Positions 50,827-63,571 of a stretch of 64,000 bases of DNA are shown here, one piece after another. The notes beneath the pieces are model-generated. The model saw only the letters and a list, made by a program, of their open reading frames with translations, made no database searches and was not told the origin of the DNA. Source of the DNA: Guillardia theta CCMP2712 (lineage: Eukaryota > Protista > Cryptophyta); contig NW_005434544.1 in assembly GCF_000315625.1 (NCBI RefSeq), positions 51,400-115,399 of the forward strand, given 5' to 3'. Both the position numbers and the translations under genes were made by a program. Position 1 is the stretch's first letter. Each line of letters begins with the position of its first letter.

Positions 50827-53445
50827 TCAGATCCTGCTTGCGTTACATGAATGTTTCATCCTCCTGTTCTCCTCGGAGATCCTAATCGCCTCCACCGCCA
50901 CCTGCAGTCTACCAGTCAAACTCCTCCTCTCCCCCCTTCAGCCTGTCCCATCCACCAATCTCCCCCTCCTCCTCCTTGTTCTCCCTCTCCCTTCACCCTC
51001 CGCTCCTTTCTCTCACCAGGGAGGTCAAGTGCAGCTGGGTGGTAATGCCCACACACGCGCAGTTGAGCTCGCCGATGAAGTAGTAGTCCTTTCCGTCAAC
51101 CCATGGAGGCCTGTGTGTGAGAAATGCCATCAGGCTCTGCCTCCTTCGACTCTCCCCCTCCTCACTTCTACCCTTCTGCCCTTTACTGCCTCTCTCTCTC
51201 TCTGGCTCCTCCTCCCCTCCCCTCCCCTCCCCTCCCCTCCCCACCCTCTTCTCCTCGCACCTTGGTCCTCCCAGAATGAAGTCAGCAGTCCAGAGGAGGG
51301 GAAGGGGATGGTTGTGCATGCCCAGGAGAGGCAACAGGTTCTTCAGATCCCTGCGAACCTCCCATCAGCTCAAGAGCCTCTCAAGAAGAAAAGAGGAGGA
51401 GGAGGAGAGGAGAAGAGAGGGAGTGAAAAGCACAAGAGGAACAGGGGCAGCGAGGAGGGAGTGAGGAGCGGCAGGCAGACAGCAGCATCGTCAACCTGTT
51501 GACGAAGGAGTGCATGAGCCTTGCAAACGTGGGATCGTCGGGCTGGCCAACAAGGTCAGACGAGGAGGAGGAGGAGCAGAGCAAGTCAGTCCAACCTCGT
51601 ATCTAGTGTAGGTAGCTCCGCTCTTCAACGTGGCGGACACTCCTCCCTCCTTTGGTTTCTTGTGCAGAATCTCCACCGGCTTCGCTCCGATGAACAGGAC
51701 ACGGACCTGAGCAGAGAGGTCATGAGGGAGCTCGACGCGAGCTCTAGAGCGCGTCATCACCTCTCCCTCCGAGATTCGAGGCATGAAGGCTTGATCGATC
51801 AGCTGAGCTCCGTTCTCAACGCCTCCCTCGAGATACCTGCGTAGAACTGTTTGAGCCCCAGATCTGAGGAGGTGGAGCAAGCAGAAGAAACAAGGAAACG
51901 GAGTAGGTAGGCGAATCCGGAGAGGAAAGGGAGGTTACAGGAGGAAATGGAGGAGAGGGTTCAGGAGAGTGAGAATTGAAAGTGAGGAAGCTGACACGAT
52001 GTAGAGGGACAGTATGGGCCTTGCTCTACTTCACCTCTCAGCGAACGTGAGGAATTCTCCGAGCTGCATGTACTCGACATGGTTATCAACAGCCTGACAA
52101 ACAGTTGAGATCGCTGCAGGACCTTCCACCAACCTCCACGAGCATGAGAGGGGAAGGGCAGTACCTCTGTCAACTCGAGCTCAGTCCCGAGGTCCAGCGA
52201 ATGGTTTTTCCTCCAGAGGCTCGGGTCCTTGAGCTTCACGATCCAGATCCCTTCTCCTTGCGATCCCCTGTTCTGCTTCACCACCCTAGGGCCCTGTGAG
52301 ATGGTGGTCGGGAACTTCTCTCTCCATGTTTCCTGCCGTGTCGTCGTCAGGCAGGCAAGCCACAAGTCGGTCCCTCCTCCTCCTTACCCGATCGTAGTAA
52401 GCAAAAGTGTCGGGCAGTCCTGTGCGAAGAGGAGCGATCTTGGCGAGCGCGTCCTGGTGGGGCTCTCAGCCACCCGTCCGAAAAGAAAAGTCTCCTCTTC
52501 ATCCTCCCCTCCGCTCTCCCTCTCCCTCTCCCTCTCCCTCTCCCTCTCCCTCTCCCTCTCCCTCTCCCTCTCCCTCTCCCTCTCCCTCTCCCTCCGCTGT
52601 CCCTTCCCCTCCCCCTCACCTTGGACCCGAACTTGCTGATCAGCTGAGGATGTGCCATGCCAGCGAGGCCATAGGTGTCCGCAAGAGTCCCGAGCAGGTT
52701 CTCGTACTTTGAGATGGTGAAGTCGTCGTACACATCCGGGTTCACTCGTGAGATGTACCCATCCACTCCTTGCGACGCATACTTGACAATGAGATCATAT
52801 GCAGAGTCTGAGTAGAACACAGGCATGGCCCACCAGCCCTTCATAACCATAGTCAGCGTCCAGCAGAGAGAAAGGGCAGCAACGCGAGATTGCTCCCTGT
52901 CGATTTCACTTACCAGCTCAATCAGGCTGTTGCAGATGGGGATGGTATCTTTCCTGTGATCAAAACCAGGAGATTTGTCATCTCCTCCTCTCGCTCCAAA
53001 CACGATGATCCTGTCCCGACATCATCAGTCAGTTGTAGTCGAGTTCGCTCAGCCTTGTAAACGATTTTCAGCAATGTGAACGAAACCATATGTTTCAACA
53101 TGTTCATCCCCATTCAAGAAGCATCACACACGAGGATCCTTTCAACAATCATCAAACCATCTTCTACCCTCGCGCCCCACTCAACACTCAACACCGACGT
53201 CCAAGATCTCACCTTCCTTTCGGCTCGGCAGGCTGCATCCTCAGCCCATACGCTGTCAAGTTACCGAACAGAAGATCTCTCTCTTCTGCTGTACATCCTG
53301 AGATGCCATAGATCGCCTGGCAGTTGCCGTTCGGGTTCAACCCGAAACTGCCCCACAGGCTGTCACTGATCAACGAGGCAGTGATGTTGAGGGCCATGAC
53401 GGCGCTGCACGTCCATGATGCGCAGTTGCTGGGCACGGACAACAT
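50827..53445 (-). CDS. Cj0069-family (ATP-grasp-like) protein, multi-exon, with unresolved N-terminal extension
   Basis: GGDDK..DHRKDTIPI, DGYISRVNP, MAHP...FGSK, RVVKQNRGSQGEGIWIV, DNHVE, QAFMPRISEGE, HKKP..SATLKSGA.Y, LPLLWTADFI, YFIGELNCACVGIT. 5' end may extend to ~54075. Confidence 0.85.
52514..52593. repeat. (CTCTCC)n hexamer repeat, intronic
   Basis: Directly visible. Confidence 0.95.
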
Positions 53446-55387
53446 GATGTGTTCTTGAAGGAGATCGAGAAGGAGAGGAACAGCCGAAAATCAAGTGAAA
53501 TGTTCTCACAAGCTCAACCTCTGATGGCCGAGGAAGTCTAATATCTCATCTTGTGCATCGCGCCCGACAGTCCTAGACCAGCAGAAGCGTCAAATGAGAG
53601 AATGTTCCAACCACTCATTCGGACAAGAATGATCGTGACTTTGCACGCAACGTGATAAAACATCTACTTCAATATCTACTACCTTTCTGCTACAATGTCT
53701 GCTCGAAGGACTGGCGAGGATGGACAATGCTATGGAATGTACCACCTCGTTTCGTTCATACCCTCCATGAGACCGATCATGAGGCATAGTCTACTCGTTA
53801 TCTATCGTTCCATAAACTAGCTCCGTTGCTCAGACTCTCAGTCCGGCATCGTTACGATCCTGCCAGAATCCGCGCATACTTCTATGTCCCATCAACACGT
53901 GCAAGTATTCGACCTTCTCAGCTCCTCCCTGTTCTAATGGCTCTCTAGACATGATGAAAACTTGATCTTCAGCTGTCATTCACTATCGTTCATTTGTCTT
54001 TCCCGCCCTCCTCTTCATTTCTCTTCTCTCTTATCCATTTCTCCGTCTTCGCATACTTTCGGGCGGAGCTGCCATGGCTTTCCCCCAGTAATCACATATA
54101 ATCCCACCCCAGCATCCACCACCCCCACCCCTCTAAATTCTGGTATTTGAAAAGTACCCCTCTAATTAACATTACCCCACCCTCTCTCTTGCTGCATGGG
54201 ACAGTTACTCATTGGTAGGGTAGTTGACCCCACCCATCGACTTATGCTTGAATTTCAACTAAATGTCTATGCAGCCAAGGAGTTCATGACCCCCACCCTG
54301 AAACAGCATGGATCTGTAAACCTGCCGACTACCCACACTCGAGAAAGTACCCACCTTTTGAAGGACTGCCCTGCCTTACCACCCCCTTGTTAAGAACCCC
54401 CACCTATCCAGAAACGCTTTGCCCCGAAGGTTGCGGTCTGACGTCATGGCAATGGTGGGTAGATGACTTTAGTAAGGTGGGGTACTGGTAGGCATAATGG
54501 AAACTAGGCGGGTACTCTGAGAACCAAGACACAATTACACCGGGTGGTATACGGTCTGTTTGTCTGTGAGGGAGGGGTGTATATGATCACTGACGTAAGG
54601 GGGTGGTAGGGTAGTGGGTTGTTGGTCATGGAAATCTTTGAGGTGGGTGGTCGGAGCGTCTAGTGTGGGGTTCTCGATCGACGTACGGAGAATTCCATTG
54701 AAAGTTGGCGAATTCCGAGATTTTGGGCAGAAATTTCAAATATTACTCGGTGTTTATCAGGAAAAATGGATATATTTCATACATAATTTCTATATTTCGT
54801 TGAAATTCCTCAAATCTCTGCGCCAACTATTACGAGTCTTTTCGCCGCTTGATTGCGTGTACGAGGCGCTGAGTACCCTACCTACTAATATACGGTCAAA
54901 ACCACCCCTTCGGACTGTTAAGGGAAAAAAGACCGTCCGAATTTTCTGATGAACTTCGGAACCCCAGGATCGCGTTTCCCACCCCTACCCCCACATTCTT
55001 TCTCTCTGTACCCCTACCCCACCATTAGTAATGAAAGTACCCCCATTGATCTGTGATTTTCCGATATATCACCCCTACCCCCTGTCCTCTATCCTATTGG
55101 CTTCCCCAGTTGTCGTGGATCTCCTCAAGTTGTTTTGGACGTCAAGTACGATTCAAGTACCCGTCCTTTCCAGCTTCAAAGTACCCCTTCTGGGTGGGTA
55201 CTCACAACTTGACGAAGTAAACCCTGCCGGGCCTCGGCCGGGCCCTGCCGGAATGCCCCGACCCACTCAGTTTCGGATACGTAACGGTTTGTAACCGAGT
55301 GACTCCTGCGCCGGAATGCAAAGGCGACTTTTGGGAGGGGAGGAGGAGGGAAGGAGGAAGGAGGCGTGGGGGGAGGAGCGACGAGCT

Positions 55388-57393
55388 ATGAGCCTCGTTC
55401 CTCTCCTCCTCCTCCTTCCCCTTGCCCTTATCCTGGTCATGGCTCCCCTGCATGCCGCATCCTGGGATGACACAAGCGTCTCCCTGTTGGAGGAGGACGT
55501 TGGTGAGTGCCCGATCGCCTTCAATCGAGGGCAGCTGGATGACGATTGTGTGCAGTGCCCTACTACTCAGGAGTCTTGGGACGAGGAGGATGGCAGGAGG
55601 TGAGACCAGAGGAAGGACTGCCTCTGCAATGTTGTCAGATAGCCTGCAAAGAGAGTTTGTGCAAAAAGCGAAGGGGGCAGACGGGGGTTTATATGAAGCA
55701 AGATCTGATGGAGCTTCTTTGCAGTGGACGGGGGCAAGAAGCCCTGTATGGAATGCTCCTGATGAACTCCCAGTAAGGCCACAGGTGATCTCGTCGAGGG
55801 TGTTTCATGCCTCCGGAAGTTGCTGACCCGACCATGGAGCAGGAGCCGGAGCCGGAGGACGAGGTCAGGAGCTACATTTCAAGGTGAAGCTGAAACCTCT
55901 GAGAGGTCTCCTCCTGCATCATCTCACGGTTTGCTGGGACAGAGACTACGTCGCCCCCACCGGAGGAGCTGACATCACCCACGTTGGTGAAGGGACGGAA
56001 CGCGTGAGGGCTGGTTTAGAGGTGGGACAAGCGTGCTGTGCTCTTTCTGTTTTTCATGCTGGAGACGCAGGGAGCATGGGGAGGAATCTCGTCCATCACT
56101 TCCCCGGTGGGTGGGGGGGTAGGAGGGAACGAGATGGGGGGGAGGGCTGGCTACGAGACTTGGACGCACGAGGTAAGGGAGGTGGCAACATCGAGCATGC
56201 TCTATCCTCTGATCCCTTCATCCCCCCACTCCCCGTGGGCTGTCTCTGTCCTCTGAGATGATCTTCTCGTGTTAGGGTGGCGGACTTGCTGGCGCTGTCA
56301 GAGCAAGTTCGATCGCGATCAAGCCCGTTGCAGACCAGTATGTGAGTATAGTCCCCACCCCTTCCACCCTCCTCTCCCTCCCCTGCTCACACTTCCATCC
56401 TCTCCCTCCCTTCCTCCCCCTCCCCTCCTCCCTTTTCCTCCCCTTTGCCCTCTCCCTTTTCCTCTTCCCTGTTCCCTCCTCGACTTGTCTTTGGCTCCTC
56501 CTCACGGTTCGTGCTCGCAGGGCACCGACGGCTCGCTGGAGCAGGGGAACTTCCCCGGTGTGAACCCCAACGATCCCGACGGCACCAGCTGGATGATCGG
56601 GATGCACAGGGACGGTGAGAACACCGTTGGACGATGGGCGATCGCTCCGAGGACGCGACTTGCGCGCAAGCAGCAGCTGCTGGAGACGGGAGCAGACGTT
56701 ACTGATGTCGGTGAGACCACGAGGGAGGACTACGTCCCTGGCGTGTACGGCCCGCTGAGCAGCGGGACGAGCTGGGTGATCGGCATGCACAGGAAGCCCA
56801 TGTGGAGCGAGTCTCAGACGTACGCGTGCAGCACCACGACGCCATGCAAGAAGGGCAAGGCGGATAGGGCTCATTTCTTCCAGCAGGACACGAACCCTTA
56901 CGTTGATAAGAGGAGGGTCTTCGACTCTTACGCCCAGCAGGACCCCGACAGCGTCAGGGGGAGGGACGCGTATCCTTGGGACCCAACGCTCGACCCGCAG
57001 ATCTTCCGGTCCACTCCCAACTGTGCGGATGGGAAGCTGCGGTACGGATGCTTCCGGCAGCTGAGCCTGTCCAAGGACGCGCCTCCCATCCCCGAGGAAG
57101 AGACTGTGAAGGACATGGAGCAGTTTGCTGCTGAGCAGGCGGCTAAGAAGGATCAGCCTCCTCTCGGGGATCGATCCAAGTGGCCCATGTGGAGCGACGA
57201 GTCCATGGCCAACTGGCCCGCGTGGGCGAAACCGCCAGGCAGTCCGGACGACGAGACCCCGTGGGACCAAGACCTGCTGAACGAGGACCTGCTGAGTGAG
57301 GACAGCAGCTCCAGCTCAGCTGGGGAGAGCAGTGGAGCAGGTCAGGACAGCAGCTCCAGCTCAGCTGGAGAGGGTAGTGGAGACTTGGAGTGA
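55388..57393 (+). CDS. Secreted hypothetical protein with internal repeats, multi-exon
   Basis: Signal peptide MSLVPLLLLLPLALILVMAPLHA; repeated GTSW(M/V)IGMHR and T.VGE.T motifs; terminal DSSSSSAGE.SG duplication. Confidence 0.7.
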
Positions 57394-57664
57394 TGGAGAT
57401 GTTGGTGGGTGGCTGCTGGCTGGGCTTGTGGCTGGGCTTGTCTCCGTTGCGAGGAGGATGGGGAAGGAGCGAGGGCAGGTAGAGGCTCAAGTGTTCGATG
57501 GTATTGGTCTGAGAGGAGCAGCAGCGAGAGGATGGCGATCTTAACGGTTCACGTGCTTAGCTTTGAATACATTTAGGTTGTAACAAGTCGTGGGTGACAC
57601 CCGGCGAGTCGTCGGGCCGGGCCCGAAGCACCCACGTGATAATGTACAGTCGGGAAATGCCACG

Positions 57665-60600
57665 TCACGACTCGATACCGAGGGAAGCATTCTTGGACTG
57701 ATACTGCAAGAGATCCTTCAGTTCTGTCAAGTCGGATCGGATCTAGTGGGACGTCAGTAACTGTCACGGCCCCACCACTCAACGCTCACCTCCTCTATCT
57801 CCTTGCGGATCAAATTCTTGGGGATTTCCTGGTCATGCCATGTCAGGCAGCTCGTAGAGGTGGGAGGGTTGAGATCAAGAAACTTGCGAGGAGTGAAGAT
57901 ACGGAGGTGAGGGGAGAGGGGGAAGAGAGGGGGGGAGAGAAGGGGGGGGGGGAGAAAGGGGGGGAGAGAGAGAGGGGGGGGAGAAAGGGGGAGAGAGAGG
58001 GGGAGAGAGAGAGGGAAGCAGTAAAGGGAGAAGAGACAGACGGAAACAGAGCAGGGGTGAGGAGGGAGAAGGAAGAGGGAGCAGAGGGGAGCAGAGGAAG
58101 GTACGAGAGAATATGACTACCTTGTTCAGAAAATGGTCAATCTGATCCACGACGATCTTGTGCGTTTTTTTGTCTTCTGGCCTGCAAAAGCGGCAAGGAA
58201 TCAATCGACACAGGAGGAGAGCAGGGAGAGGTACCCGTTCATGGCGAGCAGAGAAGTATCAACCTGAAGGCACAGGCAGCAAGGCATCAGGTCAGAGGAG
58301 GGGGAAGGAGGGCACGAGTGAACTCACGTGGGAGAGGTTGATTTCAGATGACGACCTCGATTCCAGCTGCAACCTCTGCCTCGCTCTTGTGACGACAGGA
58401 GGCTGTTTGTGCTGCAGCCAACTGTTGAGTCACTATGACTAGCTCGGAGCAACGGACCTGCTCAGGCTGGTCGTGGTTGTCGTGCGGGCGGTCTGTGATT
58501 ATGGGACCTAACGACAAGATCAGAGCGTGCTATCATGTGCGGGAGACAGACTCGGGCAAACAGTCTCATCTGAAGTTGATCTGGACAGCGTGACGTCATC
58601 AATGGCTTGCTTCTTCATGGTGCTGTATCTTCGGATTGTGTTTCGCACCTGACAGGCCATCCCGTCATCACTGGATACATACCGTAACTCTTGGCTTTAC
58701 CGCCTTCTCCGTCGTCCTCTCATGAACCAGCCGGCTGGTTCGTTCAAAGTTTGAGTTTGACAACAACTTGAATCTTCGGCTTACCAGAACTGCTCCTGAG
58801 CTTCAGGAAACTTGACCAAACACTTTTCAAGGGACGACTGAGCTCGATGTAAGGTCCGGTGCAGTCCTAGTCACATGACGCACCTGGTCCAGAGCGAACA
58901 AGTTGCACCACGTCGTCGCTGTTATGGTCATGTTTCTGTGATCCTCCAGACCGAGCACGCAGTTCTCCCCAAAGTAACTCCCCTGCTGAGAGTCTGAGTA
59001 TCCATCTCACACGCCCAGCAGCGCTCGGGCTGACCTCGTGCAGCTCGACGTATATCCCCTTCTCTTGGTCAACAGTGACCTCCACACTCCCTTTGATCAG
59101 AAAGAACATGCTCTCTCCGTACTCTCCCTCCTGCGCGTTCAAGTCAGGGAGAAACTCCCAGCAGAGCTGTGGATCTGAGGGGCCCAGCAGGAGAGAGGCA
59201 CTTACTTCGTAGAGGATGTCACCCGGGCAGAGAGTCCGAGCTTTCAGGAAGAAGATAATCTCTGTTAAGAATTCCTGACCGCAGTTGCGAAAGAAAGGCA
59301 CGCTGGTGATGAGGTCGTTGTACAGCAAGAGAGCGACTTCCGAGCGCAGGGCGCTCGACAAGTCTTCGACCGACTTGGGGATGTCCCGGGAATGGTTGAA
59401 GTCGTACTCGAAGAAGCTTCGCGTGCGGATCCTCAGGTCAAGGGGGAGGTTCTCCTGGTGCATGAAGTCGTCGAGCAACTCCATCTGCTCTCTGAAGGTC
59501 CTCCCCTTGAAGTCCATCTTCCCCAGGACAGACTCGATGCTGCCGACGATGACGGCAAACGTCGAGGCTCCGATCCCCATCATCAGGATGCAGTACATGA
59601 TCTCCGGCGTCGTCCTCATCGTCACATCGCCATACCCGACAGTCGTCAGGGTGGTAAGCGTGAAGTACATGGATGCGAGGTACTGCACGGAGGAGCTGGC
59701 CTCCTGCATCCAGGACCCATCGTGCTGCAGGCATTCGGTGATCATCGTTGCTGTCTGATTGGGCTGAATGTATCGCATCCTCGTCTTTGAGTCCGGTGTG
59801 ACGTTGCCGTCGGCGTCGGTGATGGGTGGCGGGCAGGAGAGGACGTACATCTGATCTCCCGGCACGTAGATCTGAAACTCCGACGCCCAGTTGATGGAGA
59901 AGTCTTGCTCGAAGTCGACGATCAAGAAAAGAAAGCAGGCCATGCAGTGACTGAGGACTATCACGAACAGAAGCAACTTCACGAGCCGAAGGTGCCCGGG
60001 GTTGATGGCAAACGCATCCCTCACCCTGGCGATCATCTTGTTCCAGTGCGTGAGGCGAGCGAGCCTGAGGAGTTTCACGAGCCGAGCAAGTCGAGCAAGT
60101 CGGTTCAGTCGAAGAGTTCTTATCATCGTCAGCCCGCACTGATCCGCCGAGATCGCATTCTCGATTAGGGTCACCGGAAGAGAGCCCATGACGTCGAGCC
60201 AGAACCAGAACTTGAGGTAGTTGAAAGAGATCACTTTCCAGTCCGTGACAAACTTGATACTTCCCAGGTCATCCGTCTTCGGATCAACGGTTGCGGTGCG
60301 GAAATTCAACAGGATGTCAACCCAGAAGGAGACGTTGACAAGCCAGTTGATGACAAAACTTGCGTCCTGCTGCTGTCCCCCGTTGCAAGTCATCCTGGAG
60401 AAGGCGATGGAGAAAGGGACCGTGAAGAGGGTGTAGAGCAAGAGAAGAATGATCCACATGTCCCAAATCAGCCGCGGCTGCGAGTAGGGGTGAAGTATGA
60501 ACTTCACGTCGGGCAACCAGATCTGCTGCCGCTCGTCTGACTTCTTGCTGTTCGTCCATGTGCTATCTACGTGCACGAACGAGACTCTCTTGTCGTCGAT

Positions 60601-60727
60601 CCTCGTTGGAGGGGAGGATGGTGAGGGCGAGATCTCTAGATCCCCCTGGGAACAATCATGTCAGCGCCCGACGACAGCAACTCGAGGCTGTGACCTCAGG
60701 GAAAACTTTGTTCGTCGGGTGCGACAT
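57665..60727 (-). CDS. 6-TM CNBD-family K+ channel (KCNH/HCN-like), multi-exon
   Basis: HPYS..RLIWD, VDILLNFRTA, S4 RTLRLNRLARLARLVKLLRLAR, SHCMAC, YFTLTTLTTVGYGD, VPFFRNC, GESMFFLIKGSV, YFGE. Confidence 0.92.
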
Positions 60728-62812
60728 GTGATTCAACCTTGTCCCTTCAGATCCATCTGCAGTTCGCAATAATCACCATCTGAAATGATGGAGAACACTG
60801 ACTGCAGGGTTTGCTAAGATTTCTGTTCAGGTCAGAGAGAACTAGAGGAACTCATCTCACTTGAGCCTCGTCTGACCTCAACACCATCATAAATATATCT
60901 GACTATTTGCCGTTCCATGATGTGCAAAATCAACGCTCTCTGCCGCTCTGCCTCTCCCTCTCTTCCTCCCCACGACACTCTAAAGGCTCTGGGCCAGGAA
61001 CAACAATGCACCAGGCTTTTAACAGGCAAAGAGAGGAGGCGCTGAGCTTAGGAGAGGACGGCATGAAGGTAATATGAAATCATTAGAAGGCTGGGCAATG
61101 TATGCATTCTTTCGCCCAGCAATATCCTAACTTTTTCGAAGCCAGCAGAAATCAGTTTACACCATCACCGGGAACAAACACCGCACCCTCATCCTGCATC
61201 ACAACAAGAGCGACAGATCACTGACAATGATCAGACTGAACCAAATCACACTCCAGAAGCATTGTCTTTCTCTCTTTCTCGCTGCTAGCTCGTCCATACC
61301 ACCTGCGCCCCCCCTGCCGACTTTTTCCGTTTCTCAACCCCTTCCCCAGCTCCACCATCATCGCCACGCACGTTCATCCTCTCTTAGCCTCTCCTACATC
61401 TCATCTCTCCTCGTGTTTCCCTTCCTCGTCATGATGATCTTTTTAGTTCCTCCTGCGGGCGCCGCATGTCAGCATGGCGGGCAGGGGGCGACTGTCCGTT
61501 TCTACCATTTCTATTTCCCGGAGAGGTTGAGTTAACTTGGGTGACCAGCAAAAAATATTTTCTAGTGTGGTACATTTGGTACAAATTGAAGATATACAGA
61601 TATTTCATATGGTACTGTAATTGTATATATGCAAGTACAGCCGAAACATAATAGTACAAAATAGCGGTAGTAGCTTACATACTTGTTATGATATCACACT
61701 CAAAGTACTAAGCAAAAATTATTTCGTACAAACACTGTACGGTACAGTACGGTCCCGGGCAACCCACCCCCGGGCCTTATAACTTAGACGCCGGGCCGCC
61801 GGGTCACTGAGCCTGTCCGAGGGCCCCGGGCCAGCCCGGGCGCCGCCTCCGACACTGAGTCCCGGAGTCCTGGCAGGTCAACTGGCAAGTTGCAGCCCGG
61901 CCCGCCGCAGAGCCAGCCGCCAGTGAGTTGCCAGAGCCTGGCACAGGGAGCGGTACGGGGTCAGCGGGCGGGCTCGCCGCAAGACGGTACCGTACCGTAC
62001 GGCGGTCACCGCCGGTCACGCCCGCGGCCGGATTGGATGACGGCGGTCACCGTACCGGGTGCCTCGGACTGCCGCCGCTGGCGGGGCTTACCGGGCCGTG
62101 CGCCCGTGAGCACCGCCGCCGCGGCCCGACCGCGCGACCCGGCCGCCGCGCCGTCAAGGCCCGGGTACGGTGACCAGTCCGGCGACCGGCGGCGTACCGT
62201 ACCGTACTATCATATGCCGTGACCGGCGTACCGTGACGGTACCGTGCCGTAGTCACGGTGACCCCGGCGGCGCCGGCGCCGCCCGGCGGCCGCGGGCCGC
62301 CTCAGTCGCGCCGCGGGGTCGGCCCGCCTGTGGGCGCGGCCCGGCCGATCGCCGAGCCTGGCCCAGTTCTAGAGTCCCGGCGGCGGCCGCAAGGCCGCAA
62401 CCAGCCGGAGGCTGGTTTGAACCGCACGGTTGAAGTGAGCGGCCTGGGGCCCCGCGGCGGCCGGCGGGGGCGCTCAGCAGTGCCCGGCCGGGCTGTGCCC
62501 GGCCCCCGGGGGTCGGAATGAGTCGCTGCTGAGTTTAGCAACCGCTTCCGCGGCAATGTCTTGCCACCGCTTGGCAAGGGCCACACTAATCAAGTCGACT
62601 TCGGATCCTTTTAAATGATACCACATCCATCAACATGCTCGAGGCTCTCAACTTCGGGTCACCGTGAGGCTGCTCATGTGGCAGTTGTGACGCGAGTACC
62701 CTGGCACCGGCGCGGCAAGCCTTGAAGTTCGATTCCCGACTCGAGGTCCTCCTACGACGAGTTCTCTTCTCAGTGCTCGACCGCTCACTGTGACCCCATC
62801 AAAGCATCCTCA

Positions 62813-63571
62813 TCAAGCCTTCTCAGCGGGATAAGCAACTGGCAAATCCGTTGCAAGATCTGACATGTCCTGTTGACTTTCTTGCACTCGTTCTGCTGTC
62901 TGGAGCTGTCCTTGTATCGCAATCGAAGGTCCCCGATGTGTGGTAGGGATGCCTTCATCCCATTCCCCAGGATTGCAGCAGATCACACACACAATGATCG
63001 AGAAGGTCGTCTGGAAGATGACCAGAACGACATTCAAGGCAACGATTGCCCACAGACTTCCAACGTATCTGCCGCAGAAATCGGAATCTTGTTTCTGCCA
63101 GATCTGATAACGAGATGAGTCGTCAGTACACAGCACACGAGCAACAGCAGCAGCAGCACAAGATAGAGTAGCCTCACCACAGAAGCTAGACGCGACTGCT
63201 GCTCCCGTGAGCGGAATGGCCACTCCAATGAGGGACGTGATGATACCTACGATAAGGAACGCAAGCAGCACTCCTGTGGCAGTCTTGTTCCGTTTCTTGG
63301 CAGCAAATACTCCCAAAAGACAAAAGACTATGGGAACAGCCGCAGGGAGAGTACCCCACAAAGCAATGGACCTCAAGAAGGAGTTCACACTATCTCGAGT
63401 TGCTACACAGTTTGCGAAATCATAACCATAAGTGCTGGTACCAGAAGGTTGGGAGCACGTGTCAGGAATCTTGTATGTGGCTGCAACAATCCCAGCGACG
63501 AGAAGAGCGAGACCAAGAACGCCATTCACGACGCTCAGATGAAACACGGCAGGGAGAGATACCTTGCACAT
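62813..63571 (-). CDS. Four-TM membrane protein with Cys-containing loops (tetraspanin/MS4A-like topology), intronless
   Basis: 252-aa ATG-TGA ORF with four hydrophobic segments, GVFAAKKRN short inner loop, paired Cys in outer loops, CVICC after TM4. Confidence 0.75.
   Translation of the reverse strand: MCKVSLPAVFHLSVVNGVLGLALLVAGIVAATYKIPDTCSQPSGTSTYGYDFANCVATRDSVNSFLRSIALWGTLPAAVPIVFCLLGVFAAKKRNKTATGVLLAFLIVGIITSLIGVAIPLTGAAVASSFCGEATLSCAAAAVARVLCTDDSSRYQIWQKQDSDFCGRYVGSLWAIVALNVVLVIFQTTFSIIVCVICCNPGEWDEGIPTTHRGPSIAIQGQLQTAERVQESQQDMSDLATDLPVAYPAEKA

Noticed and set aside
62670-62745. tRNA/SINE suggested by B-box-like GTTCGATTCCC
   Set aside because: The T-stem and acceptor stem do not pair.
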